Shown: positions 13,111 through 26,789, numbered from the whole stretch's first letter. The stretch is DNA of 63,983 bases, filler included, from Hausera hauseri (GCA_046269625.1; 13 parts of 13 records of this genome joined end to end with filler, not necessarily neighbours in it); one strand, 5' to 3'. Made by a program: numbers and translations. Notes: generated from the sequence alone by a model not told the origin.

Positions 13111-13121
13111 TTCTGACACCA
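13111..13121 (-). promoter_or_regulatory. Putative tRNA-Leu primer-binding site
   Basis: TGGTGTCAGAA lies 1 nt after ..AATAAAACCACA. Confidence 0.5.
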
Positions 13122-13122
13122 A

Positions 13123-13962
13123 TGTGGTTTTATTATTGCAATGACAGATTTCATTAAATCCAAATAACAATTATAGGATATATGAATGCAAATTAACACA
13201 GTTAATCTTTTATTACAATAATTTTTTTAAATTCAAAACAAAACTGTCAATTTATCAATCATGTATATCAAACTCATATCTGCTGTATTTATCTTTATTC
13301 TTTGAATGTACGATCTTGAAAACACTTGTACATTTTGAAGTGAAATGTTAACGTCTAATTCTCTGCTTCGAACAAAAGATTTCATTTTCTTTTATCTGAC
13401 CAAATTTTCTGCATGAACGACTCATAAGAGAATAAACCTCATTAGAGAATAAACCTCTATGTCAAATATTTTCATTTGGAAACACAAAATCTTAGACATC
13501 TTTGTTTTCTCAATTATTTGGTAAAACATTGGCAACAAAATTAACATCATGGACATAAGTACAATAATCTAAGATCAGTATGTTAAAGTCAGATTGTTGA
13601 TTGTTTATTTGTGGAATCTGGAATAGAATCTATTTTCAGGTCATTGTTCGAAAATTTGATGGATAATTTTATTTTGGTAGAACAATCATGAATATTCGAT
13701 CAAAACTTTTACTGACGTATCAGTCGACCTGTCTTTGAACTTTATTGTGATCTTTCCATGTAGTTGTATCGTATCAGGATTTTTATCTCGGACGGGAAAC
13801 CCGAAATTCGAATGATTGTGATTCAGACGAGAAACACTGCACGACGAAGCAGAACGACCAAACCGCCCTATTCCTCGACAAAACAGTAATCAGCAGCAAC
13901 AACAACAACAAAACTATATTAAAAACTATATTAAAACAGCATGTAACTTGTTAAGCACAACA
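13123..13962 (-). repeat. Putative LTR of CsRn1-like element (TGTTGTGC..AACCACA)
   Basis: Follows PPT GGGGGAGGGTGA (13963-13974); ends at ACA before a PBS-like site. Confidence 0.55.
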
Positions 13963-14097
13963 TCACCCTCCCCCGTGTCAAAAGTGGAAACTATAAGGAT
14001 AAAATCACGAAGTAGGATTTGTGGTTGGACTATGATGAACTATACAGAGAAGATGAAATGCAGGCTGAAAATTACGAGGTAGATGGTTTCTATTTGA

Positions 14098-14806
14098 TTA
14101 TTCAATTTTGGTGTGAACCAGACGTTGAATACCTTCATCATTTTTTACTTTACTGTACTTGCTAAAAGTAACAGTTTTGTGCACTCTTTGCTTTAGTTTC
14201 CGTTTGTTGCGATTCTTTGGAAGGGAAGATATTGCAATCTGTCGCATTAAATGTGGTATCATGCTGAAACAAACTCGGAGAAGAAAAAGCAGTGGTCGAA
14301 AAAAAGGTGGGAGGAGGAAATGGGGAAATGGTGGGAGTAGAAATAGTGAGTGGAGTAGGTGTGCGAACAGAAACAGGAACAATAGAAACTGTAGTAGGAG
14401 TAGAAGCAGGGGTAGAAACAGAATGAAATGTAGGAGTTAAAAAATTTGCCTGAGTTTCAGTTGGAGAGGTGTCATCCACAAAAAAGGCAGGTTTCACATT
14501 ATTTATATGGACTGTTAGTTCTTTTCTGTCTTTAAGGATTATAGCGTTGTGAGAAAATAGTTGAACTAGCATATAAGGCCCGAGATACTGCGGTTGAAAG
14601 CCACACGGTGTTTGATTACGCAGCCAAACAAACTGTGCAGAATACAAGTCGTCAGGTAAATATGTTTTATTGTTGTGTAGTATTCTACAGAATGAGTCTT
14701 TACTGACTTCAATGAAATGGTCCTGTGCTGCTTTGATCTTTTCATCTGTAGGCGTATTATCTAGTGCGGTTAACTCGAACAAGGAGCGAACAGGTGTTCC
14801 AAATAA
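14098..14806 (-). pseudogene. CsRn1-like integrase C-terminus with S/T-rich tail
   Basis: FQPQYLGPY, VHINNVKPAFF, terminal KTVTFSKYS..EGIQRLVHTK. Confidence 0.85.
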
Positions 14807-15051
14807 NNNNNNNNNNNNNNNNNNNNNNNNNNNNNNNNNNNNNNNNNNNNTTAATTAATTAANNNNNNNNNNNNNNNNNNNNNNNNNNNNNNNNNNNNNN
14901 NNNNNNTTGATACAGACGCGCCTATTTGGATAGATTACGAATAGGTCACAGAGACAAGAATCCAAAATTTTAAACTTGTAAAACATTTGAAATTTTGGAC
15001 ACTGAACCAACACAGATAAACAAAATTAAATATTAAACAGAAAATTTGTTA

Positions 15052-15602
15052 TTAATGCGAATTCTGATGCTGCATTGATTTTGATAACACTTCCATGCAC
15101 GGTTCAATTTCCGTGGTGCTTAAACCTAAGTAGTTTTCCAAATGTATATCTGTTATTGAAGTTCTGTATTTAGATTTTAGATACTTCATTTTGGAAAATA
15201 ACTGTTCACATCTATTCGTTAAAACGAATAAGTAAATAATCATTGTTATCAACTACATTTAGGAATTCTTGAGCATATAAATTTTTATAAAATTTATGTA
15301 CTTTCAAATTAAACCTTTCTATTAAATCTGCCCTCTCTTTGAGATCCAAAAGTACCATTTGAAACTTTTTAGGGCCATTTTCGATTTCTCCAATTGAAAA
15401 TGGAGAGGAAAATAAATTAAAATAAACACTTTCTTCTAAAAATCTACAAAACTTTCATCAAACTCTGAACTAAGATCTTTAAGTTTTTTAATATACAATT
15501 GTGAATTATATTTATCACGATAGTTCGATAACGTTGAATAATGAAATAAATTTTGTAATATATAGAATTGCCGTAAAATCAGCTTACATTTAAAAGCTTT
15601 AA
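15052..15602 (-). mobile_element. hAT (Charlie/SPIN/GTF2IRD2-like) transposase C-terminal remnant
   Basis: IKAFKCKL..; CEQLFSKMKYLKSKYRTSITDIHLE..QHQNSH dimerisation motif. Confidence 0.8.
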
Positions 15603-16694
15603 TGTGTCTTTGGTTCTTCCATTTATTGTATATGTCGGATTAACAAGGATGATTTTTTTGTGAGACAGATATTCCTTTTTGAAAAAGAATTTCGAATGAA
15701 ATTAAGCACTCAAATATATCTAAAAATCCGCTGTAAAATAACAAGAAATTGTATAGACAAAATGGCTTAAATAATTTATTGATTAATTATTTACATATCT
15801 AAAAAACTCCAAGTTGGAGTATTAAAACAAAAAGTATCACATTTATTTCAGAAACGTTCTTTTTACCCGCATTTCATTTTTTTTCCGGCATTCGTATACG
15901 ATTAAAGAATAATTGATGCGATTGATTATAAAAAGGGAAATAAGATTTCGTTGAAATTTAGCAATTTCCTGGATTAAAGTCACATAGCCATTTGTCGTCT
16001 CAATATGACCATCGTTAAATGCTTTTCTGATGATAGATATTACCCAACGTATAGGAACAAAAGGTTGAGCATGAATTTGTGTTACATTTTCTAGTTATTC
16101 CAGTTCGTGGGGAAATAGTAATCCTTCTGTAAATTAAGATTGAAGATTTGGAAACTTTTCTTTGAATTGAATGCTAATTCTAGACAAACAAAGATTTAGT
16201 GCCAAGAGAAAATAGCGACCACAGGTTCGTCGTAAAAGTCTATGCTGAGGATCATTTGTATGCCAATGTGTTCCACGGAGTTGGAAGCGTTTGATATTCC
16301 ATGGCAAATGGACATCGTAAAATACAAAACGTTTATAGACCAGCGATATGGAGATATTGAGAATAAATGAAATTTTAATCAGATCAAGATTTTTCTAATT
16401 TGTCTGACGACAGCTTCAAATTGTTCTTAATACTTTTCACTCATTTGATATTTCTATTCTAACCAGTTTAACAAGACTACCATCCCATTGAGTGAAAATA
16501 ATTTCCAAAAGTAAAATGGTTTTGGATTACCGGCTTCTGAAAAATATGATACTGTCATAAGGAGTATCGATTTTGATAGGACTCGGCGAAGGAGACCGGC
16601 ACGGTCCGAGGCCTGGGACGCCATTGAGGCGATAACAGGCGCCCGACGTCGCCCAGACACCCGGCCGCGGGGCGTGCAAACGGTTGGCACCGCA
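15603..16694 (-). repeat. Putative cargo-bearing LTR (TGCGGTGCC..AAGACACA)
   Basis: Starts right after PPT GAGGGGATAG; the likely end has AATAAA then ACA at the point where hAT homology begins. Confidence 0.55.
15893..16558 (-). pseudogene. best: Bestrophin N-terminal half, apparently intronless, decayed
   Basis: MTVSYFSE..FWKLF/QWDGSLVKL, FEAVV..LDLIKISFIL, LPW, RLLRRTCGRY, KEKFP, FVPIRW match bestrophin MTITY..WRGSIYKL, LIPISFVL, RLLRRTLIRY, KRFP, WVPWVW. Confidence 0.85.
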
Positions 16695-19600
16695 CTATCC
16701 CCTCGTAGCAAAGTGTAAACTATAAAGGATAAAAAAGAATAAAAGAAAGAAATGCGCGAAACAGGAAAAAGTACATATGAAAGTATATGTTGAGATTGTT
16801 GTATACCCTTGTGATTTTAAAATGAAGTGTCCTGGAACCTTACTGTTTTTTGTGTGGTGTGAGTGTCATATTTGATTGAAAAGCATTTTGGGTAAATCGA
16901 ATGTCGAATTTTGGGTTGTGTTGTGTAAGGGTGGCGATAGAAGATGAGGAGATGAAGAAGAGGAAGTAAACATGGCTGGAGGAGGAGCAGTAGAGGTGAA
17001 AGAGTCGGTGAGGAAGATTGGGGAAAGTGAAAGAGTTGAAGGTGGAAGTGTAGACGTTTGTAAGAGAGTGAATTGAGCAGAATTGTGGAAATGAAAATCA
17101 GCAGCTGTGTGAACGTTTAAGGTTGGAGTATTGTGAAAAGGTGAAGGAGATAAGATGAAAAAAGCGGAAGAAATTTGGTGCTTTGGTGGAGGTTGGTGAG
17201 GTGGATTAAAGAATTGGACCGAAATGGGAGATAGTGAGGTCGATGAAGTGTTAGGCAAAGTATGTGAAGTAGTGGAAGGCGACGAAGGTTGAGATAGAAT
17301 AGCTGGTTGCGTAGATGTTTGTGAGTACTGATTATCAGATTGACTTTGGGTGTTTGCGGAGGTCGACAAAAGAGTAGTTTCAGCTGAAGTGGTATCGTCA
17401 ATAAAGAAAGCTGGTTTTAAGTTACTAAGATGAACCTATTGTTCTTTGTTGTCTTTAAGAATGATAGCGTAACGGGAATGAAGTGAAAGTAGTTTATAGG
17501 GGCCAGTGTACCGTGGCTGAAAACTGACCGGAGTTTTTTTATCCAAACGAATTTAGCTGTGTAGAGGTCGTTAGGAATGTATGGTCGATTGTCATGTAGA
17601 ACTCTGAAAAAAGCGTCTTTACTGATAGTGACAAAATGTTCTTGGGCCCCCCGAATAGTTTCATCAGTAGGTGAGTTGTCCTGTGCAGCTAACTCGAAAA
17701 GGGCACGTAATGGTGTGCCAAATAGGGCCTCCGACGGGGAGCAATCGGTTGATGTGGATGGGGTGTTTCGCCATCCAAGTAAGACAAAAGGTAAAAGGTT
17801 TACCCATTGGGGATTGTGTTCAGCTAGGATTCTGAGACAGGTTCTCATTGTACGATAAAAACGCTCTAAAAGGCCGTTTGACTGGGTGTGGTAGGGTTTT
17901 GTGTGGATGTGGGATATGCCCAGTCGATTTACTAGTGATTTAAAGAGACTCGACTCAAATTGGGGACCTTGGTCGGTGATGATGTGTTTGTGTGAGCCGA
18001 ATCGGCTGAGCCATACACGCATAAAGGAGTCAGCTATGGACTCAGTGTTTGTGGGTCGAAGTGGAACTGCGTCTGGCCATCTAGGCGAACGGTTCATTAG
18101 GGTGAGGATGAATTGGTGACCGTTGTGTGGTGGAAGAGGGCCGCCGATATCAAGGTGGACAGTATCAAAGCGTGACGTACAGGGAAAATGATAAAGTGGC
18201 GGCTTTAGGTGTTTAGTGATTATGAATTTTTGGCACGCCGCACACTCCCTAACCCGTGCCTGTACGTCTGTTTTCATTGATGGCCATGTAACTTGGCGTT
18301 TTAATAGGTGATATGCGGCCTTGGATCCTGGATGGTGTAAGGCATGAATGTTTGTAAAGGCTATTTTTTGGACAGATGGAACTAATATGATTTCAGGCCA
18401 TCCAGGGTTGGTGGTATTGAAGGCCACGCCATTAATGATTACAAAAGATTTATAAGAAGTGAGAGTTTCATCATCCGGTTGATTCCGTCGAAGCGTCTCG
18501 TTGTCTAGAATTGGTTTAAAAGTTACCGAGTCAACTAAACGTGACAAAAAATCAGGTACAACGTTGTCTGTGCCGTTTGTATGTTTTATTGTAAAATTGA
18601 AAGTTAACAAATAGGGTATATGTCTCTCCTGGCGTAGAGAGGGAGATTTCATGTTGAAAATGTGTAGCAGCGGCTTATGGTCTGTTTGAATTGTCAAGGT
18701 GCGTGATATTAAGAGATGATTAAAATGCTTGACTGCGAGGACCATTGCTAAAAGTTTTCTGTCAAAGGCAGAGTACTTTTTCTCTGTTGTAGTAAACTTT
18801 GTAGAAAAGAACTCTAAAGGTTGATGCGTGTTATTTTTAAATTGGTGGAGTACTGCACCTGCAGCGATAGTTGATGCGTCCGTTGTAAGAAAAAGTTCGG
18901 ATGTAGAATCTGGATAGGCTAATATTTCTACTGTTTTGAGATTTGCTTTTAGGTGTTCGAAAGCATTAACAAGTTCAAGTGTCCAAATAATAGGCTGTTT
19001 CTTTTACCAGCGCTTAAGGTAGCAAATGGAGCGGTTAATGTAGAACAATGCGGCACGTATTTATGAATAAAATGCAAGGTACCGAGGAAGGAACGCATTT
19101 CTGAAGTTGTGCGTGGTAATTGAATGTTTTTCAGTTGCGTGATGCGGTCTTGTTGTGGAGCGTGTCCGGTTGGAGTAATAATGTGTCCGAGGAAATTAAT
19201 TTTTTTGTTTAAAGAAGGAGCATTTTGCAAAGTTTACTTGGAGATTGTTTTGGTGGAGTCGTTTGAAAACAATGCGTAGGTGCTCAGTATGCTGTTTAGA
19301 GAATGAGGAGGCAATTAAAATATTATCGATGTAGGGATATGCGAAGTCTAAGTCTGCCAGGACGGTGTCTATGTGCCTTTGAAAGGTTTGGGCTGCACTG
19401 CGTAAGCCAAATGGCATGTATAAATATTTAAAAAGTCCGAAAGGAGTTGTTACTGTCGTTTTTGGAATGTCGGCTGGTGCTACAGGGATTTGGTGGTATG
19501 CCTTATAGAGATCGATGTTTGAGAAAATGGTAGAGCCGTAAAGTCTATGTAGGATGTCATTAATTAGAGGCAAAGGGTAGACGTCCATGGTTGTAATCTG

Positions 19601-20656
19601 ATTCAATTGCCTGTAGTCACCGCATTGGCGAAAAAAATTGTCCTTTTTTGGGACAACATGTAATGGTGAAGCCCATGAAGATTTAGATCTTCTGATGATG
19701 CCTAAGTGTTGCAGTTCTGAAAACTCGGCTTCGACTGCGTGTCTGCGACGTGGGGATAATGGTCGAACTTTTTGTCGTATGGGTCTCTCGTGTTCTGTGA
19801 CAATATGATAAAAAGTGTGCATGGCTGGTTTAAAAGCTTTGTCTTTCTGCAACAAACGAGTGCAAGGAGAAGATACACAAGATTGCAACTCCAGTGGAAG
19901 TGATGATAAAATGGTTGACGGTGATGCTGATGTTGCGATTTGTTTAGCGTCAGTTAGGGAAAAAGTTGTACTATCAAGACTAGGTGGAATTTGGTGCAAT
20001 ATTGTGGAATTAAAAATGGTGTTACGAGCGGTTTCGTTAGCAAAAGGCGTCAAAGAGTTAACATTATCATATTTGTCAACTGTATTATAGTAGTCTCTAA
20101 ATAAGGGATGATTATAAAAATAATTTAAATCAATATATGATTTTTTAAGAGCAGGTTGAAGACCAGTGATCGCCCGCTCGATCACCGAAATGATGTTCAC
20201 GGAATTAGGTTGTTCAAATTTGTTTGAGTTAATCAAGCAACATCGTCTGCAATCCACCATTAGTTGGTAATGGGACAGTAAATCTAATCCCAATATAGGA
20301 GTTTGGACATTGGCAACTGTAAATGTCCAATTGTGTGTTTTTGTTATGTGGTAATGTAAAGGTGATATTGGTAGTGCCGAATATGTTTAATTCTGCTCCT
20401 GATGCAGTGAATAATTTTTTGTGTAAATGTGTTTTGTTATGTACCTCATATTTAGGAGGAAGCAGAGAGACAGCTGCTCCAGTGTCTATGAGGAAGTTAA
20501 TGTTATGTTTCATTGGAGTAACAACAGTTGCCTCCAACGTAAAAACTGCAAATGTTGTGTTTCGGCTGTTATTTTGTAAAGTGGAGCCTTTGCTAGAGGT
20601 GGCCAATGACTCTAGCGGCGTCAATAGTTTTTTTGTGGTGTTTGGTATTGTTTGTT
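16695..20656 (-). mobile_element. pol: CsRn1-clade Gypsy pol (PR-RT-RNase H-INT), degenerate
   Basis: FLIDTGA, WASPLHVVPKK, YIDN (YxDD), TDAS, TDHKPL, HHPG..CAACQK, DQGPQFES. Confidence 0.92.
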
Positions 20657-22099
20657 NNNNNNNNNNNNNNNNNNNNNNNNNNNNNNNNNNNNNNNNNNNN
20701 TTAATTAATTAANNNNNNNNNNNNNNNNNNNNNNNNNNNNNNNNNNNNNNNNNNNNTCCCTAGACTGGTGCAACATTTTACCGCATTATCAATGCTTAAT
20801 TGTAACACCAGTTAAGAGCAAATAGGGTGTATTCGTACATTTTTGAAGGTGCCATGCCCATATTAATAACTTACTAGTACATTATTACTTTTCAAAGTCG
20901 CTCATATGGTTTAAAATGTTTTTATAAAAGAAACCCTAACTTTAACATGTTTATAAAATTGGGTTCTAGTTAAAATTTGTCTATACTTGAAACTGAAACA
21001 ATCATTTCTACCAATATGAAAAATGTAAAAATTAAGTAAAAATAAAATCAAAAAAGATTTTGATTTATTAGCTTTCATACTAAAACACACAATCTTTTCA
21101 TTAAAATAACTCAGTTGTGATCATTTTAACTCTGTTACAAACCGAACACATTTGTCTCCATTTTTCTTTTTTATAGCTTGATTAAACTATGTTCCGTCAT
21201 ACCAATTGCTTAAAAGTGAAGATGAACCTAAATTCTAAATTATTAAACATTTTTAATACAGTAGATACGATATTATTAAAGTGACAATGGAAATAAAAAT
21301 TGTCTCTAAAGTCTTGAATTTTTGGGGCTTTTATTATGGGCGTGTCAATGTTAAAGAAATAAATGCAAGACTATCAGCATAAATCCAAACAGCAGATTAT
21401 GAATATACATAAAATGTCACAATCTAATACTCGATTTTGTATGTATTATTTACCAGTATTTATCCAAAATTTGCAGAATTTTATCTATATAAATTGTCCA
21501 CTTATTGACTTTTGCTGATTGCCCTCCATTATTAAGACAAACCAACACATATGAACATAATCTCGTCTATTATTACAGGTTCGAATATCCCCAAATTCCG
21601 CTTGCATACGCTACTGACAGACTCACTTCAGCCGACAATGCTATTATATAAAATTTTCTGCGTGGGACTGTAGTACAAGTTGCAATCACATATTTTTAAT
21701 ATTACTATTTTAAAAATTAATTGCCAAGTGAATTCTATTTGGATATTTTAGTCAAATACTCGAAATCTAACGTATAAGGACATAGATCTTTAAATTAGCA
21801 GCAATGGAGAAGCAAAAATTAAAAATAATCAAGATTATTATTTATTTTTAATTTGTATAAATATTGTATATAAAAGAAATACATCTTAAAAAATTATTAT
21901 ACTTCAGTTGAACTAATGTGTAACAAGAACCTAAGTGATATTCAAGATTTTGATCCGCTGATTTTGCCGAGCAAAATCTTCTTTAATGGCGGCATAACCA
22001 GCGATATAACTATCACGATCACTTCCGGAAATACTGTGATGCCTCATGTCGGCAATTTGATGGATCATTTACAGATGAAACAAAACGATATCCGGAAGA

Positions 22100-25000
22100 C
22101 ATTATTCATGCGAACAAATTCTTTAGACAGCCGCTTGTGGAGTTATGTAAATTTTAGTTAACGGAACATGCCATAGTTTTGTAGACTGATTTCAAAAAAG
22201 GGAAACCAACCGTCGGACATAGAAGCGTTTATGAGGAAGGTGAAACCTCTCTATGAGGTAGTCGAATTGGCCAACATGTATCAGAAAGAAAGAGGAAAGT
22301 TTCTGACATTTGAAATCAGAGTGCTCCAAGCAACTGACAAAATTTTTCAGTTGAACAAAGAAGATTTTGTCCAAGAAGTGCTAAGGAAACGAACCAGCTC
22401 AAAAGTACTAAGACAGCGGTTTGTTTTTAAACCAAAAATGACGGTAGAAGAGACGAGGGAAGAGGCTAAAATTTTGGAAGATATCCAAGCTGTAGAAGAG
22501 TTCAGAGAAATGGTTCTAGTAAAGGAATCATTTCGGGATGCGGTAAAGTCTCCCAACCAAAATTTCGGAAAGACAACATACGTGAAACCTAAAGAATATG
22601 ACAGAAGACCGTTTATACACAACAGTGGAACAGAGTATTCAAAAAAGAAAGGTTTGAAACAAGGTCGGTAAACAACTTATGTCTGATATGTGGTAAAAGT
22701 AGACACGGTTTAGAATCTGTTTCAAATTACTAGAGGTAAACCTGATTTGTGTGAAAGAGATGTATAAGAACGTCATGTGGACGCAATTGTGCCCTATGGA
22801 GACGAGGTGCAGGAAACTTTAAACACGCGAAACTCTGCTGTGAGCATTTGGTCAGGGGCGTTGACGTAGAAAATCTACAAAATCGAGATGCAGCAATGAT
22901 TGTGTAAAAAGACGGCGGTGGTGGAGTAAAGTCTAGCTAAACAAATGTTGAACAAAATGTTCTTGGATAGTGGAGCCAGTGTGTCAGTAATCAGTGAAAA
23001 GGTTTGCAACGCGATAGGACAACCTAAACTAAGGAAGTGCGCTTTAATATTGAGTGGAGCTTTTCGAAAAGTGATGGATGTTTTTGGAAGGTAAAAGTCA
23101 ACGTGGAGTGGGATAATGAAGTACAAAAGATTAATTTGATAGTAGCAAAAACAATCAGGCCGGAAGTTATTGGGGGGGATAGATATCCTAAAGGCATTTG
23201 GTATGAAATTAATGAAAACTGGCTTTAGTGGGTCTCGAAAGAGAAAAATATCGACGGGGACAATTATGGGAAAATCAAAAATCGGAAAAAATCAATTAGT
23301 GGAAGTTGTAAAACGCTATGATGAGGTGTTTATGAAACATTTAGTATTACGATTTAGGATTTACGGATCTGGTAAAACATAGAATGGAAACTGAGGGAAA
23401 AGCAATTTTTTAGAATCCTAGAAGACAACCAGTACATCTGGAAATTAAAATGGAAGAATTTTTAAAAGACTTGGATAAATCGGATATTATTCGGAAATGC
23501 AAAAGTGAATGTGATTCGTCTTTAGTGGTTGCTCAAAAGAAAGATGGAGGAATCTGAATTTATTTTGATTTTAGAAAGTTAAGTGAAATAGCAAAGAAAA
23601 TTTCTTTTTCAATGCCGGTAAGTCAGACCTTATTTGATGCGTTAGGCGGTTCAAAATTTTTTTCACGTATAGATCTCGGTAAGGCATATAGTAAAGTCAC
23701 GTTGGATGAAGACTCCGAAGAAAAAAACAGCGTTTTTTACGAAATCACAACAATATTGTTTCAAGCGAATACCATTTGGCCTTTCTACGGCCCCTGGAAC
23801 TTTAGAGCATCTGATTAATACATTGTTCGAAGACATACTGTTTGCGGTGTTGTCGTATACTTATACGACGTACTGATTTACTCAAAGAAGATCTCGGAAC
23901 ATTGCAAACTACTAGAAGAGGTAATGAAAAGATTGAATCCTAAAAGTGAATCCAAAAAATGTAGATTTGGTGTCTCGGAGTTGATATTACTTGGATATAC
24001 CATTAGTAATCAGAGAGTGTCAACAAATCAACTAAAAGTAAAGGAGATCCAGAATTTCCCAGTCCCAAAGTACACGTGGTCATTAAGAGAATTTTTACGT
24101 CTGGCTACCTATTACAGAAGGTTTATCAAGAATTACGTGCTCATTGCGGCGCCGTTACTTCAGGCTTGTAAGGGTACGTGTAAAGGGTTATTTTGGTCAA
24201 GGGAGTGTGAAAAAAGTTTCAAGCTATTGAAATTGAAGATATGTGAAGCGCACATACTAACCTTCAGGGATCCAACGAAGGACTTTATTTTGGATACAGA
24301 TGCATCGTTCGGGGCAATAGGAGAAGTACTCACCCAAAAATAGGAAATGAAGAAAAGGTAGTAGCGTATGCGTCTAGAACACTCTCATTATTCGAGAAAG
24401 GCTATTGCGTTACAAGAAAGTAATTAATGGTATTACAAGTGTTTATTCTGCATTTTAAACAGCATTTGTATAGTAAGCACTTCACGGCTAGAACATATCA
24501 TAAGGCTTTGGTATATATGAAGACCGTTACCAAACAAATATCAACACAATTCAGACGTGGCTAGAAAATATGACAGATTTTAATTTTACACTAGAATATG
24601 GAAATGGCGAACAGCATGGAAATGCAAATGGATTGTCGTGGTTGTACGAGGAAATGTTTGCTCAGTGCCAAACTAAGACATGCTGATCAGAAAGAAAAGG
24701 CACGTGTAAAGCATATTAATTCATTATTTGTCAGGTCAACTTTGCAATGGTTAAAACAAGAACATGAAAAATGAACAGAAATACAACAAATAAAATGTCG
24801 ATTAGATGGCTCAACGGTGGAAAAGCACAATTCTCGAAAGAGATTCTCAATATGATCGATAAACTGAAAATGAGAGACTGTTTCCTTTTATATAAAGATC
24901 TGAATCACAGACTACCAGTTGTTCCAGAAAATATGCGGAAAGACTTCATCCGGAAGATACATTTGGATCTATTCCATCTAAGTATGAAGAAGACAAAACT

Positions 25001-25684
25001 ATATATTCGACATCACTTTACAGTTACGTGTCTATCAGAAGTAGTAGAAGATGTCATCGGAAAATGTGAAGAATGCTTATGTCGGAAAATCTAAACAGAA
25101 AAGAAAAAAGAAAAGTTCATTCGTATTAAGAGTGATAATTTTCTGTACCAATTGATAATGGATATTGCGTATGTCGGAGACAAAGATTGCATGTATCTGT
25201 ATATGTTGGTTATTACCGATGCGTTTTTAAGGCAGGTGATTTTAACAAAAATGAGGACGCAGAGGAAGAAATAGTTATCGAATGCAAGCTGGTGAAATCG
25301 ATTTACAGATTTGGAAAACCGAAGTCAATCTTAACGGACAACGGTAAGTGTTTTTCTGGAAGCAAGTTTAGAGTTTTGCAAGGAATAAGGAATTAAGCAA
25401 ATTTTTAGCAGTCCGTTTTAACTTCAATATAACGGGTTGGCAGAAAGGGTCATTCGAACTGTTCGGAATATGTTGGTAACCATTACAGCAGGAACATTGG
25501 GTAGAGCATGTGGAAATCACTACCAAATATTGAATTTTCGATAAATGCCGCAGTCCAAAGCACAAAGGAACATTTGCCGTTTGAAGTTGTTTTTAAATGA
25601 GAAATTAATTTGCACGCAGCTGGAGGAGTCACAAGACAGACCGATAACGGCACACTGACATAAAGTAGTACAAGACATATTACA
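22100..25684 (+). mobile_element. Heavily degenerate Ty3/Gypsy element (gag-PR-RT-RH-INT)
   Basis: MFLDSGASVSVI, FSRIDLGKAY, LDTDASFGAIG, H..H..CEECL, ILTDNGK. Confidence 0.85.
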
Positions 25685-26290
25685 NNNNNNNNNNNNNNNN
25701 NNNNNNNNNNNNNNNNNNNNNNNNNNNNTTAATTAATTAANNNNNNNNNNNNNNNNNNNNNNNNNNNNNNNNNNNNNNNNNNNNGGTAAATCGACAGATT
25801 GCTGTTGCACGGTCGTTTCGTTTAACTTTAAATCCACGTTTAATTGTTCTAGAGCATCAGAAAGTTTATCCAAATTTTCACCCAAAAGCAGTTTTACACG
25901 ATAACTGTACTTAAGTGCATATAGAGACACGGGATCATTCAATGAAATCAGTATGGGCATTTGCAAAAAATGCATTTCGTACTTACGAAAAATTCGTTTC
26001 GGTAAAAATGTGTTTGGCGTGCCGACGGTTCTGATTTTCGTTTACGTATTCCAATCATTGCATTTTGCCTCTTTGTGTCGGTTTTGCTGCTGCTGCTGCT
26101 TTCTGAGCAAGATTCTGTTTCGTTTCCAGACAATCAATCTGCAAACAATCACCCGGTTTTTATAACTGTTGGACAGGTGGTTCAAGCAATTTGACATTAA
26201 AATTGTCCTTCTTATAGCCAAACAACCACGGCCAATCTGAACTTTCATCATTGGCATCATTAAGTAGAATCGTTTTATCGTTGTCGTCGT

Positions 26291-26789
26291 CTACCATGGT
26301 AGTAATGTCTGAATGGGCATGGGAATGGTATTTATAGTTTGTTGTTGTTGTGCACAATGTACATTATTTTGATTCACTAAAACATTTACGTGGTTTTTAA
26401 TTTGATTAATAATCGGTTCATAATCCACTGTTCGAATACCGAGTACAATTTTTCCACTGTTAAACACTGACACAGTCTCAGTGCTGGAAGCAGTTCGGGT
26501 TCATACGTATATTCAGTAACGGCCATTGATAATTTGTACAAATTGATTGTTTGATAGTCTTTCGGTCGTTATTGATTGGATTTTGTCAATGACAATTCCG
26601 AATGGTACTTGTTTATAAGCTGTGATTGGTTTGCGACAACCCATAATACGACACTTTCCCGATTGAAATACGATGCATGTAAAATCCGGTGGACACTTGA
26701 AGACAAACTGCCTCGGCTTCCATTGATTAAAAGGTTGTGTGTTAATGTCACACTCGGTAACGTCCGCGATAGTTAATATTAGCTAACAT
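26291..26789 (-). pseudogene. TATA-binding-protein-like gene of the Maverick
   Basis: TCIVFQSGKCRIMGCR, INLYKL..YEPELLPAL, VFNSGKIVLGIR match the two TBP repeats (ALIFSSGKMVCTGAK; YEPELFPGL; IFVSGKVVLTGAK). Confidence 0.75.

Noticed and set aside
26569-26751. Conserved ORF LTHNLLINGSRGS.. (also 53432-53635) as a separate gene
   Set aside because: It is the alternative frame of the TBP-like gene's first repeat.
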